A DNA stretch of 64,000 nucleotides, taken from a virus (lineage: Duplodnaviria; Caudoviricetes). Of this stretch, positions 1 through 9,172 are shown in pieces. The translations under genes and the position numbers were made by a program. The stretch covers positions 1-64,000 of the IMG/VR virus record IMGVR_UViG_3300005805_000064. One strand, 5' to 3'. The stretch's first letter is position 1; each line of letters starts with the position of its first letter. The notes under the pieces are model-generated. The model was not told the DNA's origin. It searched no databases and saw only the letters and a program-made list of their open reading frames with translations.

Positions 1-590
1 CCACTAATCGAGCCTGCAGACGCCTCCGATCGATAAAGTACCTCCGGCACAACAAGGTGAGTCCCTAGCTCAGCCATTCTTGACCATAGATCAATATCTT
101 GAGCATAGTAAAACTCTTGTCTGTAACCACCTGCTTCAAAATAGGCAGATCTTTGCATCATTACTGAACCGTGAATTATCCCGTCTCCACTTGTGATTAG
201 TCCCTCGATCCCTTCTTTCGTTACATGACGCACATAGGTGGAGCAGAAACTACAATCTGTATTGCTTCTCAAGACATTTGCTTGTATTTCTAGTCTGTTC
301 GGCAACGAAATATCATTTGCATCTTGCCTAGCAATAAATTCTCCCTCAGCCAGTCTACATCCTTCAATCAGTGAAATTGTAAGCCCTTTATTATCTCGTG
401 AGACGAGTCTAATCCGACTGTCTGCGTTTGCTTTCTCTTGAATTATCTCTTGGGTCCGATCAGATGAACCATCATTTATAATGATAAATTCTAAATCCAC
501 CCCTTCTTGACTTAAAATTGAATTTATTGTCTGCAATACTCTATCCTCTGCATTCTTTACACCCATAACCACTGAAACTGTTGGAGCCAT
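1..590 (-). CDS. Family 2 glycosyltransferase (GT-A), 3' part beyond window start; missing from ORF track
   Basis: Manual translation from ATG at 590: MAPTVSVVMGVKNAEDRVLQTINSILSQEGVDLEFIIINDGSSD...GEFIARQDANDISLPNRL...HGSVMM...YYAQDIDLWSRM; open to position 1; purine-rich RBS upstream. Confidence 0.88.
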   Translation of the reverse strand, partial: MAPTVSVVMGVKNAEDRVLQTINSILSQEGVDLEFIIINDGSSDRTQEIIQEKANADSRIRLVSRDNKGLTISLIEGCRLAEGEFIARQDANDISLPNRLEIQANVLRSNTDCSFCSTYVRHVTKEGIEGLITSGDGIIHGSVMMQRSAYFEAGGYRQEFYYAQDIDLWSRMAELGTHLVVPEVLYRSEASAGSIS

Positions 591-638
591 TTTATTTATT
601 CCCTTTCGTAAATCTTACTGTTCCTAACTTTGTCTTCT

Positions 639-1907
639 CTAGGCATTATTCCACCCTGATAACTGGAAGCCACCTTCGCTGATAACGCTTGCGCATATCT
701 GACGCAACATACTTGCTGAACCAGTCGTGCCTGTGTTAGTAATCTCACAACGCAATGGTAGTGTGGCAGTTGTCATATATGTTGTGGTATTATCAGTTGT
801 GCCTGTATTTGGTGTATTAGCGTGATTGAATGTATGGCAAGTGATATACTGACCATTGATGATAAAGCCAACTCTTACGCTACCAACACCTAACCATTCA
901 ATATCACAGTACCAAATTTGTGTAAGTGCGACATCCAATGAGATACCGCTTGGTCCGGTTCCATCAAGAGGGTCACCATTCCAACTACTTTGTGGTATTC
1001 TATCTTCAACTATACTACCTGTACTGCTACTGCGTATGACCATGTTCAATGTTGCACCAGCGGCTTCAAAGAATACACCGTTGTCGGCATCAAAAAAACC
1101 AGTTCTCTGTGTTAGGTTTGGTTTAGGGCTATTGAAACAAAATGATGACAATACTAGTAAACTCTTGCCTGGCTGATATGGGAACACTCTAACTGTTTCA
1201 CGCAACACGCTATCGCCTGAAGTAGTACCTACATTACACATAAAGGAACTTGAGTTTGCTTCATAGACTACATTGGCAGTTCCTGTTAGACTTGAACTAT
1301 ATTGTTCGTGATCGTAATATCTATTTTGTGTATCAAACAATGTATATGGATTGCTTACACGCAATCTACCAAAAGCATCTGCTGTCTGACCACTAAATCC
1401 TGATATGATAACATTGGCATTGCTATCTAATGTTGCGTTCACGTTACCAGTGATTGGTAATGCGTTGCCAGTGATATCAATATTACCAAAACTACTTACA
1501 CCAACATTGCCTGACACAGTAGCGTTGACATTAGGCATAGTGCCTATGTTTACCGTACCATCTACTGTGATACTACCACCGCCATCTACAACAGTGACAT
1601 TACCTGTGATACCTGCGAGGTTACCGCTAAGTGTTGATGTGACTGTACCAGATACTACCCAAGGACTTGTGCCCTGTGTAACTTCAATGTTAGCGTTATC
1701 TATCGTTACAGGTAGTGTGTTACCAGTGATTGGTATGTTGCCGAAACTTGTGATACCGACATTTCCTACTGTAATGTTAGCATTAGCAATACTGATATCA
1801 GCATCGGTACGAACATAGACATTGCCCGTAGATTCGTCTAGGGCAAGTGCCTGCGTGATATTACGCAGGTACCATGGTGCTACTTCGGTTGGTTCTGGGA
1901 CGGCCAT
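639..1907 (-). CDS. Putative virion structural protein with Gly/Asn/Val low-complexity repeats; C-terminus may be truncated
   Basis: GNV/TGN repeats with an internal duplication (GNVGITSFGNIPITGN / GNVGVSSFGNIDITGN), then a globular beta-rich domain starting DAFGRLRVSNP; CATAAATA late-type motif upstream. Confidence 0.6.
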   Translation of the reverse strand: MAVPEPTEVAPWYLRNITQALALDESTGNVYVRTDADISIANANITVGNVGITSFGNIPITGNTLPVTIDNANIEVTQGTSPWVVSGTVTSTLSGNLAGITGNVTVVDGGGSITVDGTVNIGTMPNVNATVSGNVGVSSFGNIDITGNALPITGNVNATLDSNANVIISGFSGQTADAFGRLRVSNPYTLFDTQNRYYDHEQYSSSLTGTANVVYEANSSSFMCNVGTTSGDSVLRETVRVFPYQPGKSLLVLSSFCFNSPKPNLTQRTGFFDADNGVFFEAAGATLNMVIRSSSTGSIVEDRIPQSSWNGDPLDGTGPSGISLDVALTQIWYCDIEWLGVGSVRVGFIINGQYITCHTFNHANTPNTGTTDNTTTYMTTATLPLRCEITNTGTTGSASMLRQICASVISEGGFQLSGWNNA

Positions 1908-1944
1908 ATTACTCTCACATTATCAATATGAGAGTATTTATGCT

Positions 1945-2652
1945 TTATTTGATGTCTAAGGGGCGGTCCTTTACGGCTACTATGCAATAGTACTTCTCTT
2001 TGAACTCCTTGAGAGTACCATCTTCGTTAGTGACATTAGGAATACCTATTCCGAATTCAACCGCTTGATATACTTCAATTTTAAATCCGCATCTCTGCAA
2101 TAATGCTAGTAATTGAGTCTCACCTAGAATGCTATAGTGATTAGGATTGAACTCATGCTTTCTGTCACAATCTGGGGCAGGAACTTCGATGTAGATTCTT
2201 GATCCTTGCTTCAATACACGGTTATATTCCATGATGCTGAAGATAGGATATGGGCTATGCTCAAGTGCTTGACGTAAGAAGATGAAGTCTACGCTTTCAT
2301 CGTAATAGCCATCTTTCTGTGGAAGGAAACTGATATCGTACTTTTTGATAGCATGACCCTTATCCTGACAAATTTTGATGTCTCCGGGGCTTAATGTGAT
2401 GCCAGTCAAATCTGTGTAACCACGCTGCTTCATCTCGTCAAGGAAATAGCCAGGGCCGCATCCTATGTCAAGGATCTTTGCGTCCTTAGGAATATTGAGC
2501 GGGTCAATGTACTTTTCTACTACCTTAGTCGTTAGACCTTGGTGCATGTTGCTATTGCCCTCGTCATATATATGGGCAGTATAAAGCCATTCGTTGTAAA
2601 GTTTTAGTTTTACAAGATCAAGTGTTTGATTGATATCGATTAAGTCCTTCAT
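1945..2652 (-). CDS. Class I SAM-dependent methyltransferase
   Basis: ILDIGCGPG motif I, ESVDFIFLRQALEH, RVLKQG; start moved to MKDLID (ACAGGA RBS). Confidence 0.88.
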   Translation of the reverse strand: MKDLIDINQTLDLVKLKLYNEWLYTAHIYDEGNSNMHQGLTTKVVEKYIDPLNIPKDAKILDIGCGPGYFLDEMKQRGYTDLTGITLSPGDIKICQDKGHAIKKYDISFLPQKDGYYDESVDFIFLRQALEHSPYPIFSIMEYNRVLKQGSRIYIEVPAPDCDRKHEFNPNHYSILGETQLLALLQRCGFKIEVYQAVEFGIGIPNVTNEDGTLKEFKEKYYCIVAVKDRPLDIK

Positions 2653-2708
2653 ATAAATTCCTGTGAATAGTAACAATACTTATACAGGAGAAAGACTACT
2701 GATATTTT

Positions 2709-3071
2709 TTATTTAAATCCCTTGAAAGGCTTGATAGGACTTTGAGTATTTGTGCTAGGCAATTCGCGGCTTTTTAAATCACCTTTGTTCAAATCTTGAA
2801 AGGGTATGCCTGCTGCGTTAAATGCTATCTCAAGCATGTTTTGCTCTACTTCAGTATAAGGATGCGCTGTATTTTGCTTTGCCGCCCAGCTTTCGCCTTC
2901 AAGATTAGGTTTAGAAATCCCATCTGTTGATGCTACAGCCATCATGACACGGTTTAAATCGTATGTTCTATCATAGTTAGTATTGGTAAAAGTATTCAAG
3001 CCAATACTTGAGTAGTGATGTCTCTTGCTTGGTTTATTGATTTGTTCTGACACAAACTCTTTGGCGCGCAT
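2709..3071 (-). CDS. MRAKEF-family small protein (candidate internal head protein), paralog 1
   Basis: Starts MRAKEFVSE, ends SPIKPFKGFK; paralog of the adjacent gene. Confidence 0.6.
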   Translation of the reverse strand: MRAKEFVSEQINKPSKRHHYSSIGLNTFTNTNYDRTYDLNRVMMAVASTDGISKPNLEGESWAAKQNTAHPYTEVEQNMLEIAFNAAGIPFQDLNKGDLKSRELPSTNTQSPIKPFKGFK

Positions 3072-3472
3072 TATTTGTAACCTTTGAATGGTTTGATTGG
3101 AGAGCCTGTATATGTGTCGTCCATCTCTTCGCTACCGGGACTGCTTACCGATTTCTTGCCGTGCTTGTTTACTTTTGCTAATGCTTTATCAATAACTTTG
3201 CCCACATTAGGATCAAAACTACTTACTGTAGGATGTTTACCCCATGTACTTTCAGGACGAAACTCAGGTCTATCTTTATCTTGAACTCCGTCATCTTCGC
3301 CACCCTCGCCGCGCACTGCTGCGACTGCTACCCCAAAGCGATAAAGATCATAGAAGTTGCTGTTACTTATTTCAGGTATTACATAGGTATACGGCAAAGA
3401 CATGAATGCTACATCTAGACCATCATGTACATCGCTTAATTCTTGTTCTGTTAAAAATTCTTTGGCGCGCAT
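3071..3472 (-). CDS. MRAKEF-family small protein (candidate internal head protein), paralog 2
   Basis: Starts MRAKEFLTE, ends SPIKPFKGYK; stop overlaps next start (TAATG). Confidence 0.6.
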   Translation of the reverse strand: MRAKEFLTEQELSDVHDGLDVAFMSLPYTYVIPEISNSNFYDLYRFGVAVAAVRGEGGEDDGVQDKDRPEFRPESTWGKHPTVSSFDPNVGKVIDKALAKVNKHGKKSVSSPGSEEMDDTYTGSPIKPFKGYK

Positions 3473-3473
3473 T

Positions 3474-4001
3474 TTAATTTTCAGTAGTTATTTGCAATTC
3501 GTTTGTTTCTGTTATTAACCCAGCACCGCCTTCAGAGACCATACCTACTCCCAATCCTAGATCGCCGGTGAATGTGACCTGGTAGGACATAAAGTGATTG
3601 ATTGCTACATTTTGAATCGGAGAAACTAATAATCTGACATTTCCCCCTGCTACATCCATACCGTAAGTTGTTAACCAATTACCATTGTTCGTAATACCAT
3701 AGGTAGTAAATGTCACTCCTAATCCATCATTATTCAACGATGCACCTATTAATGCATTTTGACTATCGTTATTATCTTCTCTGTAACTATGAATTTGTAT
3801 GATAGCCTGGGTAAACTCATCCGCAGGATATTCAAATACTACTTGATCAGCACTATCATCAGGAGTCACTGCGTTGGTAATCTGTGTTGCGGTTTGTTGT
3901 AATAAAACAAAGTTATTGTTTATCTTTCCAAACGCGACTCTTAACGGATCACCTTCTCCGTCGTTGGGTAATGTTCCTATATTAACTAGTTGAATAGCCA
4001 T
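3474..4001 (-). CDS. Virion structural protein with T4 gp9/gp10-like N-terminal trimerisation motif
   Basis: N-terminus IGTLPNDGEGDPLRVAFGKINNNF, typical of T4-like baseplate/fibre proteins. Confidence 0.7.
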   Translation of the reverse strand: MAIQLVNIGTLPNDGEGDPLRVAFGKINNNFVLLQQTATQITNAVTPDDSADQVVFEYPADEFTQAIIQIHSYREDNNDSQNALIGASLNNDGLGVTFTTYGITNNGNWLTTYGMDVAGGNVRLLVSPIQNVAINHFMSYQVTFTGDLGLGVGMVSEGGAGLITETNELQITTEN

Positions 4002-4019
4002 GTCTTAGACTCCTAATTG

Positions 4020-4036
4020 TATTTATCGCATAAATA
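4020..4036. promoter_or_regulatory. Back-to-back TAAATA late-promoter-like motifs serving divergent genes
   Basis: GATAAATA on minus (4020-4027) and CATAAATA on plus (4029-4036) in a 40-nt divergent intergenic gap. Confidence 0.55.
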
Positions 4037-4041
4037 TCATT

Positions 4042-4488
4042 ATGTGGATAATCAACTGGTTGCCAGAATTTGTCGTCCATCTCATATTCTTAGCAGGTGT
4101 CATTGGCACTATTGCGGGTTTCGTATTAGGTTTCATACCCTTTGTAAGCAAGTACAAACTACCCATACAGATCATTAGCCTTATAGTATTGACTCTAGGC
4201 GTATATCTAGAGGGCGGATTAGCAGAGAAAGCCAAATGGGAAATGCGTGTCAAGGAGATGGAAGTAAAGGTCGCAGAGGCCGAAGCCAAATCGGCTGTTG
4301 TCAATACAGAGATCGTTGAGAAAGTCATCACAGAAAAGCAATACATCAAGGTCAAGGGCGATAAAGTAATCGAATATATAGATAGAGAAGTCAAAGTGTT
4401 TGACAACACTTGTACTGTGCCCGAGATTGCCATCAAAGCGCACAACATGGCTGCTAAAAACGAGGCACCAGTCGAGGATAAGAAATGA
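4042..4488 (+). CDS. i-spanin (Rz-like, inner-membrane subunit)
   Basis: Hydrophobic N-terminal TM segments, then a coiled coil (KAKWEMRVKEMEVKVAEAEAK); overlaps the lipoprotein gene by ATGA. Confidence 0.75.
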   Translation: MWIINWLPEFVVHLIFLAGVIGTIAGFVLGFIPFVSKYKLPIQIISLIVLTLGVYLEGGLAEKAKWEMRVKEMEVKVAEAEAKSAVVNTEIVEKVITEKQYIKVKGDKVIEYIDREVKVFDNTCTVPEIAIKAHNMAAKNEAPVEDKK

Positions 4489-4769
4489 GTAAAAAACTAC
4501 TACTATTTTGCGCAGTCCTCTCTACTTTTCTATTGACTGGTTGTTCGACCACAGTTCCAGTCAAACAGAAATTTCCAGAAGCCCCTGCTGTATTGATGGA
4601 AAAATGTGATCCATTGTCTACTATAGATCAACCCACTATAGTTTTTAGTGAATTTTTAAAAACTGTGACTAATAATTATACCAAGCATCATAGTTGCAGT
4701 AAGATAGTAGAAGCCTGGCAACAGTGGTATACTGAGCAGAAAAAAATAAGTGACGAACTTAACAAATAA
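4485..4769 (+). CDS. o-spanin (Rz1-like outer-membrane lipoprotein)
   Basis: Signal peptide with lipobox LLTG-C, Pro-rich stretch, extra Cys residues; directly follows the i-spanin. Confidence 0.8.
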   Translation: MSKKLLLFCAVLSTFLLTGCSTTVPVKQKFPEAPAVLMEKCDPLSTIDQPTIVFSEFLKTVTNNYTKHHSCSKIVEAWQQWYTEQKKISDELNK

Positions 4770-5856
4770 AGAATTTCTTTACTTCGTTAGCGATATACTC
4801 AACTTCCCCGTCACTCAATTCAGGATAGATAGGTAAACTCAACAAGCCTTTAGTCAGCATCACGCTTGTGCTTAACATGTCGGGCTTATTTTTGATTTTA
4901 CTAGCGATGGGCAACTCGCTCAATGCTTTAGGATAATGCACCTTGACATCGATTCCCCTGCTAGTCAGATAGACTAGTAACTCATCACGCTTATCGGTAT
5001 AGATCACAAATTTCTGATCGGCATGTATGATGTGATCTCTGCTCAAGCATCTAACATCTGTGTTCTTGAATTCATCTAGGTAATAATGCCTGATTTCTTT
5101 CCTGCGCCACTGCCACTTCTCTAGATACTTCGTCCTGACTAATAGATGTGCGCAGTCTAATTCGCTCATGCGACTATTAGTGCCGGGCATGTCATGTTCT
5201 GATTTACCGTTGCTACGATAACTATATGCGAAATCATATAGGCTGCGATTGTTTGTGACGATTGCACCGCCGTTACCAGTGCTAGGTAAATTCTTTGTAG
5301 GATCAAAACTGATTGCCATGCCTTCACCTATATTGTCGGCTACAAGCCAATGCTGTGCGCCGTCTACTATGTCATTTGCTAAATTAGGGGTAGTGAATCT
5401 ATGTGGATTAGCACCATACAGGCCTACACTACAGGTATGCTTAGTAAAATCATCTAGTGTCTGTTCAGGTAAACGCATCAATCCATTCTTATCTGTATCG
5501 ACCAACTCTACTTCATATCCTGCGTTTAAGAATGCATTGAGCGTGGCTACATATGTGATGTTTGGAACACGAATGATAGGGTCATATCTGTCTTTGGCCA
5601 GTTCATCATTCATCATATCATCATGATCCATCCTGGACCATTTGGCTATTATCTCAAGTGCTTGTGTGCCGCTATGTACTGTTACCGCGAAATTTACTTT
5701 GGTTTTCATAGCAAGCCAAGTCTCAAAGGCTGCGGTATAAGGCCCGTTCATGTAGACACCTGTCTGCATGACCTTATCTGTTATGTCTAACAGTTCTTCT
5801 TTAAGGTTTCTGTACTGTCTTGCTAAGCCAAAATGGGCTATTGTTGAGCCACTCAT
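4759..5856 (-). CDS. DegT/DnrJ/EryC1/StrS PLP-dependent sugar aminotransferase
   Basis: HSGTQAL, VDGAQH, ISFDPTKNL..GNGG (Schiff-base Lys), NSRMSEL, LSLPIYP. Confidence 0.92.
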   Translation of the reverse strand: MSGSTIAHFGLARQYRNLKEELLDITDKVMQTGVYMNGPYTAAFETWLAMKTKVNFAVTVHSGTQALEIIAKWSRMDHDDMMNDELAKDRYDPIIRVPNITYVATLNAFLNAGYEVELVDTDKNGLMRLPEQTLDDFTKHTCSVGLYGANPHRFTTPNLANDIVDGAQHWLVADNIGEGMAISFDPTKNLPSTGNGGAIVTNNRSLYDFAYSYRSNGKSEHDMPGTNSRMSELDCAHLLVRTKYLEKWQWRRKEIRHYYLDEFKNTDVRCLSRDHIIHADQKFVIYTDKRDELLVYLTSRGIDVKVHYPKALSELPIASKIKNKPDMLSTSVMLTKGLLSLPIYPELSDGEVEYIANEVKKFFIC

Positions 5857-6781
5857 AATATCTCTGGAAACCTTCTTCTACATCGACTTTAGGATTGAAG
5901 TTAAAATCTCTACGGGCAGCATCTATGTTTAATGCGCCGCGGCTAGGGAAGTCTGCATCCTTGTCACGGACATTGATGGATCCTTTACCTGCGATCTTTA
6001 CTGCTAACTCAGCTGCTTCTAATAAGGTGCGGCTATGGCTCTTTGTGATGTTGTATGTTTTATTGTTAGTGTTTTCACTTAGTGTCGCAGCAACGATACC
6101 TTCTGCGGCATCGTCAACATAGGTGAAGTCGAGGGTCTCGCCGGCTCCATTAACATTAAGCACACCTCCGCGCATTGCTGTAAGCATGAACTTCGCAATA
6201 ACTCTATCTTCAACATCAAGTGGCCCGTATACAGCACTAGGGCGAATGATAGTATGGTTAAAACAATTTCGGCGCGAGTAATCTTTGACAAGCCATTCTC
6301 CTGCTAGTTTCATGATGCCATATTGTCCTTGCGGGTTACAGATAGCATCCTCTGTAACATCGTCAGTAAAGTCTCCATAGACCATACTTGAACTGATGTA
6401 TAAAAATTTCTTGACACAACCTAGTTTGCTTTCTTCTAATAAATTCAGCAAACCTTCGCTCATAACTTTAGCACCATAGGGCGGGTTGGCGTTGACAACT
6501 TTCTGTCGTGGGAAACTTGCCATGTGTATGACTATATCAGGTTGAAATCTGTTGAATATAGTATGCATCATGTATCTATCGCTGATATCCCACTTGACAT
6601 GCTCCGTGATACCTGTTTTCTTTTTACGCTCTTCCATGAGATAATTCACTTCATCTTGTGGAATTATTCCATAGTTAGTTTCTGTATCAACAACCATGAC
6701 CCGATGCTTTAAATCTTTTAATTTGCGTACTACATTATGTCCTATAAGACCATAGCCGCCTGTCACTAATATATCACTCAT
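5801..6781 (-). CDS. NAD-dependent nucleotide-sugar epimerase/dehydratase (extended SDR)
   Basis: LVTGGYGLIG, ISSSMVYG, YGIMK (YxxxK), DFTYVDD. Confidence 0.93.
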   Translation of the reverse strand: MSDILVTGGYGLIGHNVVRKLKDLKHRVMVVDTETNYGIIPQDEVNYLMEERKKKTGITEHVKWDISDRYMMHTIFNRFQPDIVIHMASFPRQKVVNANPPYGAKVMSEGLLNLLEESKLGCVKKFLYISSSMVYGDFTDDVTEDAICNPQGQYGIMKLAGEWLVKDYSRRNCFNHTIIRPSAVYGPLDVEDRVIAKFMLTAMRGGVLNVNGAGETLDFTYVDDAAEGIVAATLSENTNNKTYNITKSHSRTLLEAAELAVKIAGKGSINVRDKDADFPSRGALNIDAARRDFNFNPKVDVEEGFQRYYEWLNNSPFWLSKTVQKP

Positions 6782-7013
6782 ATTTCAATTTCCAATATGT
6801 CAAATCCGCGCCGTCAAGATAGGCGATAATATCGTAACGGTAACCATAATGCGCGGGATCTAATGTTCTGCGCCACATAGGAGTTTGTACACTTTTTTCC
6901 ATGATCCATTTGCCTTGATCTGTCTGTTGCCATTTCCATATAGGTTCAGCAACAAAAAGGTCTGGATCTTCTACATCTCCCATACTAATACTATGTACTA
7001 CTACTTCTTGCAT
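6774..7013 (-). CDS. Hypothetical phage protein
   Basis: 79-aa ORF tightly packed in the operon. Confidence 0.7.
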   Translation of the reverse strand: MQEVVVHSISMGDVEDPDLFVAEPIWKWQQTDQGKWIMEKSVQTPMWRRTLDPAHYGYRYDIIAYLDGADLTYWKLKYE

Positions 7014-7014
7014 A

Positions 7015-7863
7015 TTATACTGCCATCTTAGCCTTTATGCTATCATGGCTCTGATAGTTTTGCAACTTGATATCTTCCATAGTAAAACTGTCGATGTCTT
7101 TCTTTTCTGGATTCAACCAAAGTGTGGGTTGTGGATACGCCTCTCGGCGTAACTGTTCGTTCACTTGTTCGATATGATCTTTATAGATGTGGGTATCGCC
7201 TGTTGATATTATTAGTTCGCCTACACCTAGATCACATACTTGTGCAAGCATATGTGTGAGCAATGCATAACTTGCGATATTGAATGGTAAACCTAAAAAG
7301 ACATCGACACTACGCTGATACATATGGCAACTAAGTTTATTGTCTTTGCTTACATAATATTGACTCATGACATGGCAAGGCGGTAATGCCATGTCATCAA
7401 GTTCTCCTACATTCCATGCGCTTATGATATGTCTACGGCTGTGTGGATCATTCTTCAATGATTCAACGACTTTGCGCACTTGGTCAACAGGAAGTCCCCA
7501 TCGAGGACTTTCCCATTTACGCCATTGAACACCGTATACTTTACCTAGATCGCCCTCGAACTTAGCCTTAGGCTTCCAGTAACTTGCTAACGCATTTGGC
7601 GTCCAGATCGTGACAGTACCTTCTTTCGTGCCATGCGTGATCTCCGCGAGGCGTCTCTCATCCCTCGAACCTTCAAGAAACCAAAGTAACTCACCGACAC
7701 AAGCCTTCCAAGCCAACTTCTTTGTAGTGATTGCCGGAAAACTGGAACCAAGATCAAAACGCAACTGACGACCAAAAACACTAATAGTGCCCACGCCAGT
7801 TCGATCATCCCTTGATTCCCCATTTTTTAAAATATCTTCTAATAGGTCGTGATAGACTTTCAT
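7015..7863 (-). CDS. thyA: Thymidylate synthase
   Basis: DRTGVGT, MALPPCH catalytic Cys, YQRSVDVFLGLPFNIASY, GDTHIY. Confidence 0.97.
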   Translation of the reverse strand: MKVYHDLLEDILKNGESRDDRTGVGTISVFGRQLRFDLGSSFPAITTKKLAWKACVGELLWFLEGSRDERRLAEITHGTKEGTVTIWTPNALASYWKPKAKFEGDLGKVYGVQWRKWESPRWGLPVDQVRKVVESLKNDPHSRRHIISAWNVGELDDMALPPCHVMSQYYVSKDNKLSCHMYQRSVDVFLGLPFNIASYALLTHMLAQVCDLGVGELIISTGDTHIYKDHIEQVNEQLRREAYPQPTLWLNPEKKDIDSFTMEDIKLQNYQSHDSIKAKMAV

Positions 7864-8159
7864 TTGAATTTTCTAAGTAACTTATCGGTTTCTGGTTGTA
7901 CTGTTTCTGCTATGCTTTCAATGTTTAAAACAAATTCTACTCCTGAAATAAGATCATCATACTCCGCTAATTTGCGGCTTACAGCCTCTTCTATTTGATG
8001 AGGCTCTAATCCTTGACTAAGGAAACGCTTAATATTGATAGTCTGCTGCCTTTTCCCAGAGAGTTTAATCACAAGTTTTGAAATAAACTCTATGGGAATC
8101 TTTTGCTTGTCAACATCATCAATAATATGCTCCCATTGTTTGATAAAGTCTGGGGACAT
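7860..8159 (-). CDS. Hypothetical phage protein
   Basis: 99-aa ORF coupled to thyA (ATGA overlap). Confidence 0.7.
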   Translation of the reverse strand: MSPDFIKQWEHIIDDVDKQKIPIEFISKLVIKLSGKRQQTINIKRFLSQGLEPHQIEEAVSRKLAEYDDLISGVEFVLNIESIAETVQPETDKLLRKFK

Positions 8160-8172
8160 GATTTATATGATC

Positions 8173-8874
8173 TTATGCAGTTGTCTTTGTTTTAGTTTTC
8201 TTTGTTGCTGTGGTTGCAGGTTTAGCCTTGACTACCTTCTCAGCCTTAGCCTTGACTGGATCTAGTGCTGCCGCTTCTTTCAGCAAACGCTGTGCTTCAG
8301 CCATCAAGCCTTTCGCTTCACGATCCATGCGCTCTGCCTGCTGACGCAAGTTAGTTGCCAAGCCGCTATCATCAAGTGCTGCATTTGCTGCTGCGCGTAG
8401 TGCTGCATCTGAACCTGCTGGAGCCGGGCGCTGATCACCGCGTAGTCTCTTTGCTACCTGAAGTGGATCCTGTAAGCCCATGCTCTGATCCATCTCGGCT
8501 AACTTACGCACTGCCTGTTCGCCTTGCTTCATCTCATCAAGGATCTTGTTGAGTTCATCAAGTTTGATCTGAACGCCAGGTTGTGGAGTCATGACAACAA
8601 GTTCTGTGCGAACCTTCTTGAGCATACCTTCACCGTGCAACTTCTGTAGAATGATGCTACCGTCTTTAGCATGAGTGCGATTCAATGCTAATGCGAGGTC
8701 TTCACTATTCTGTCCTATGTCGCTTTCAATGCAAGCCATAAGTGGATCATGAATGTTCTGACCTAGTACCTCTGTATAAACAACCAATGCCATGTGTGGC
8801 TCGCCGGGTACTTCACGGAATACTACCGCTACTTTACGATCACCATGCTTTCCTATATGTCTTAAAAACGCCAT
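8173..8874 (-). CDS. Hypothetical phage protein with C-terminal coiled coil and basic tail
   Basis: Start moved to MAFLRH (GAGGAG RBS); Ala/Lys-rich C-terminus. Confidence 0.75.
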   Translation of the reverse strand: MAFLRHIGKHGDRKVAVVFREVPGEPHMALVVYTEVLGQNIHDPLMACIESDIGQNSEDLALALNRTHAKDGSIILQKLHGEGMLKKVRTELVVMTPQPGVQIKLDELNKILDEMKQGEQAVRKLAEMDQSMGLQDPLQVAKRLRGDQRPAPAGSDAALRAAANAALDDSGLATNLRQQAERMDREAKGLMAEAQRLLKEAAALDPVKAKAEKVVKAKPATTATKKTKTKTTA

Positions 8875-8929
8875 ATGTATTCTCCTCAATTGTGAAGTAT
8901 TTAACTAGTACATTCGTACTTGAATTATT

Positions 8930-9172
8930 TTAAGACCATGTGAGTTCGTAAAGAACAGCCTCTTGTGGATCTTCAAAATAGATTGTTGCTATGTTATCAA
9001 AAATACTAGCACGAAAAGTATTCAAGCCTATATAATATCTACCATGCAGCCTCTCTAATACCCAAAGTTTAGCCTCATCGGATAAGGGAGTGGTAGTAGC
9101 AGTAAAATGTTTTGGGCAAAAACTTACTTCTCTTGCCTTGTTCCAAGTATCAATATTGATGGTCAAGTTCAT
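8930..9172 (-). CDS. Hypothetical phage protein
   Basis: 80-aa ORF in operon orientation. Confidence 0.65.
   Translation of the reverse strand: MNLTINIDTWNKAREVSFCPKHFTATTTPLSDEAKLWVLERLHGRYYIGLNTFRASIFDNIATIYFEDPQEAVLYELTWS

Noticed and set aside
620-641. TAG readthrough or alternative genetic code extending the 422-aa protein
   Set aside because: The frame hits another TAG and then TAA within 8 codons, and all other genes are intact under code 11
7015-7863. thyA as a dCMP hydroxymethylase or intron-containing gene (DNA hypermodification)
   Set aside because: It keeps the dUMP-specifying Asn (PFNIASY) and is uninterrupted, so it looks canonical
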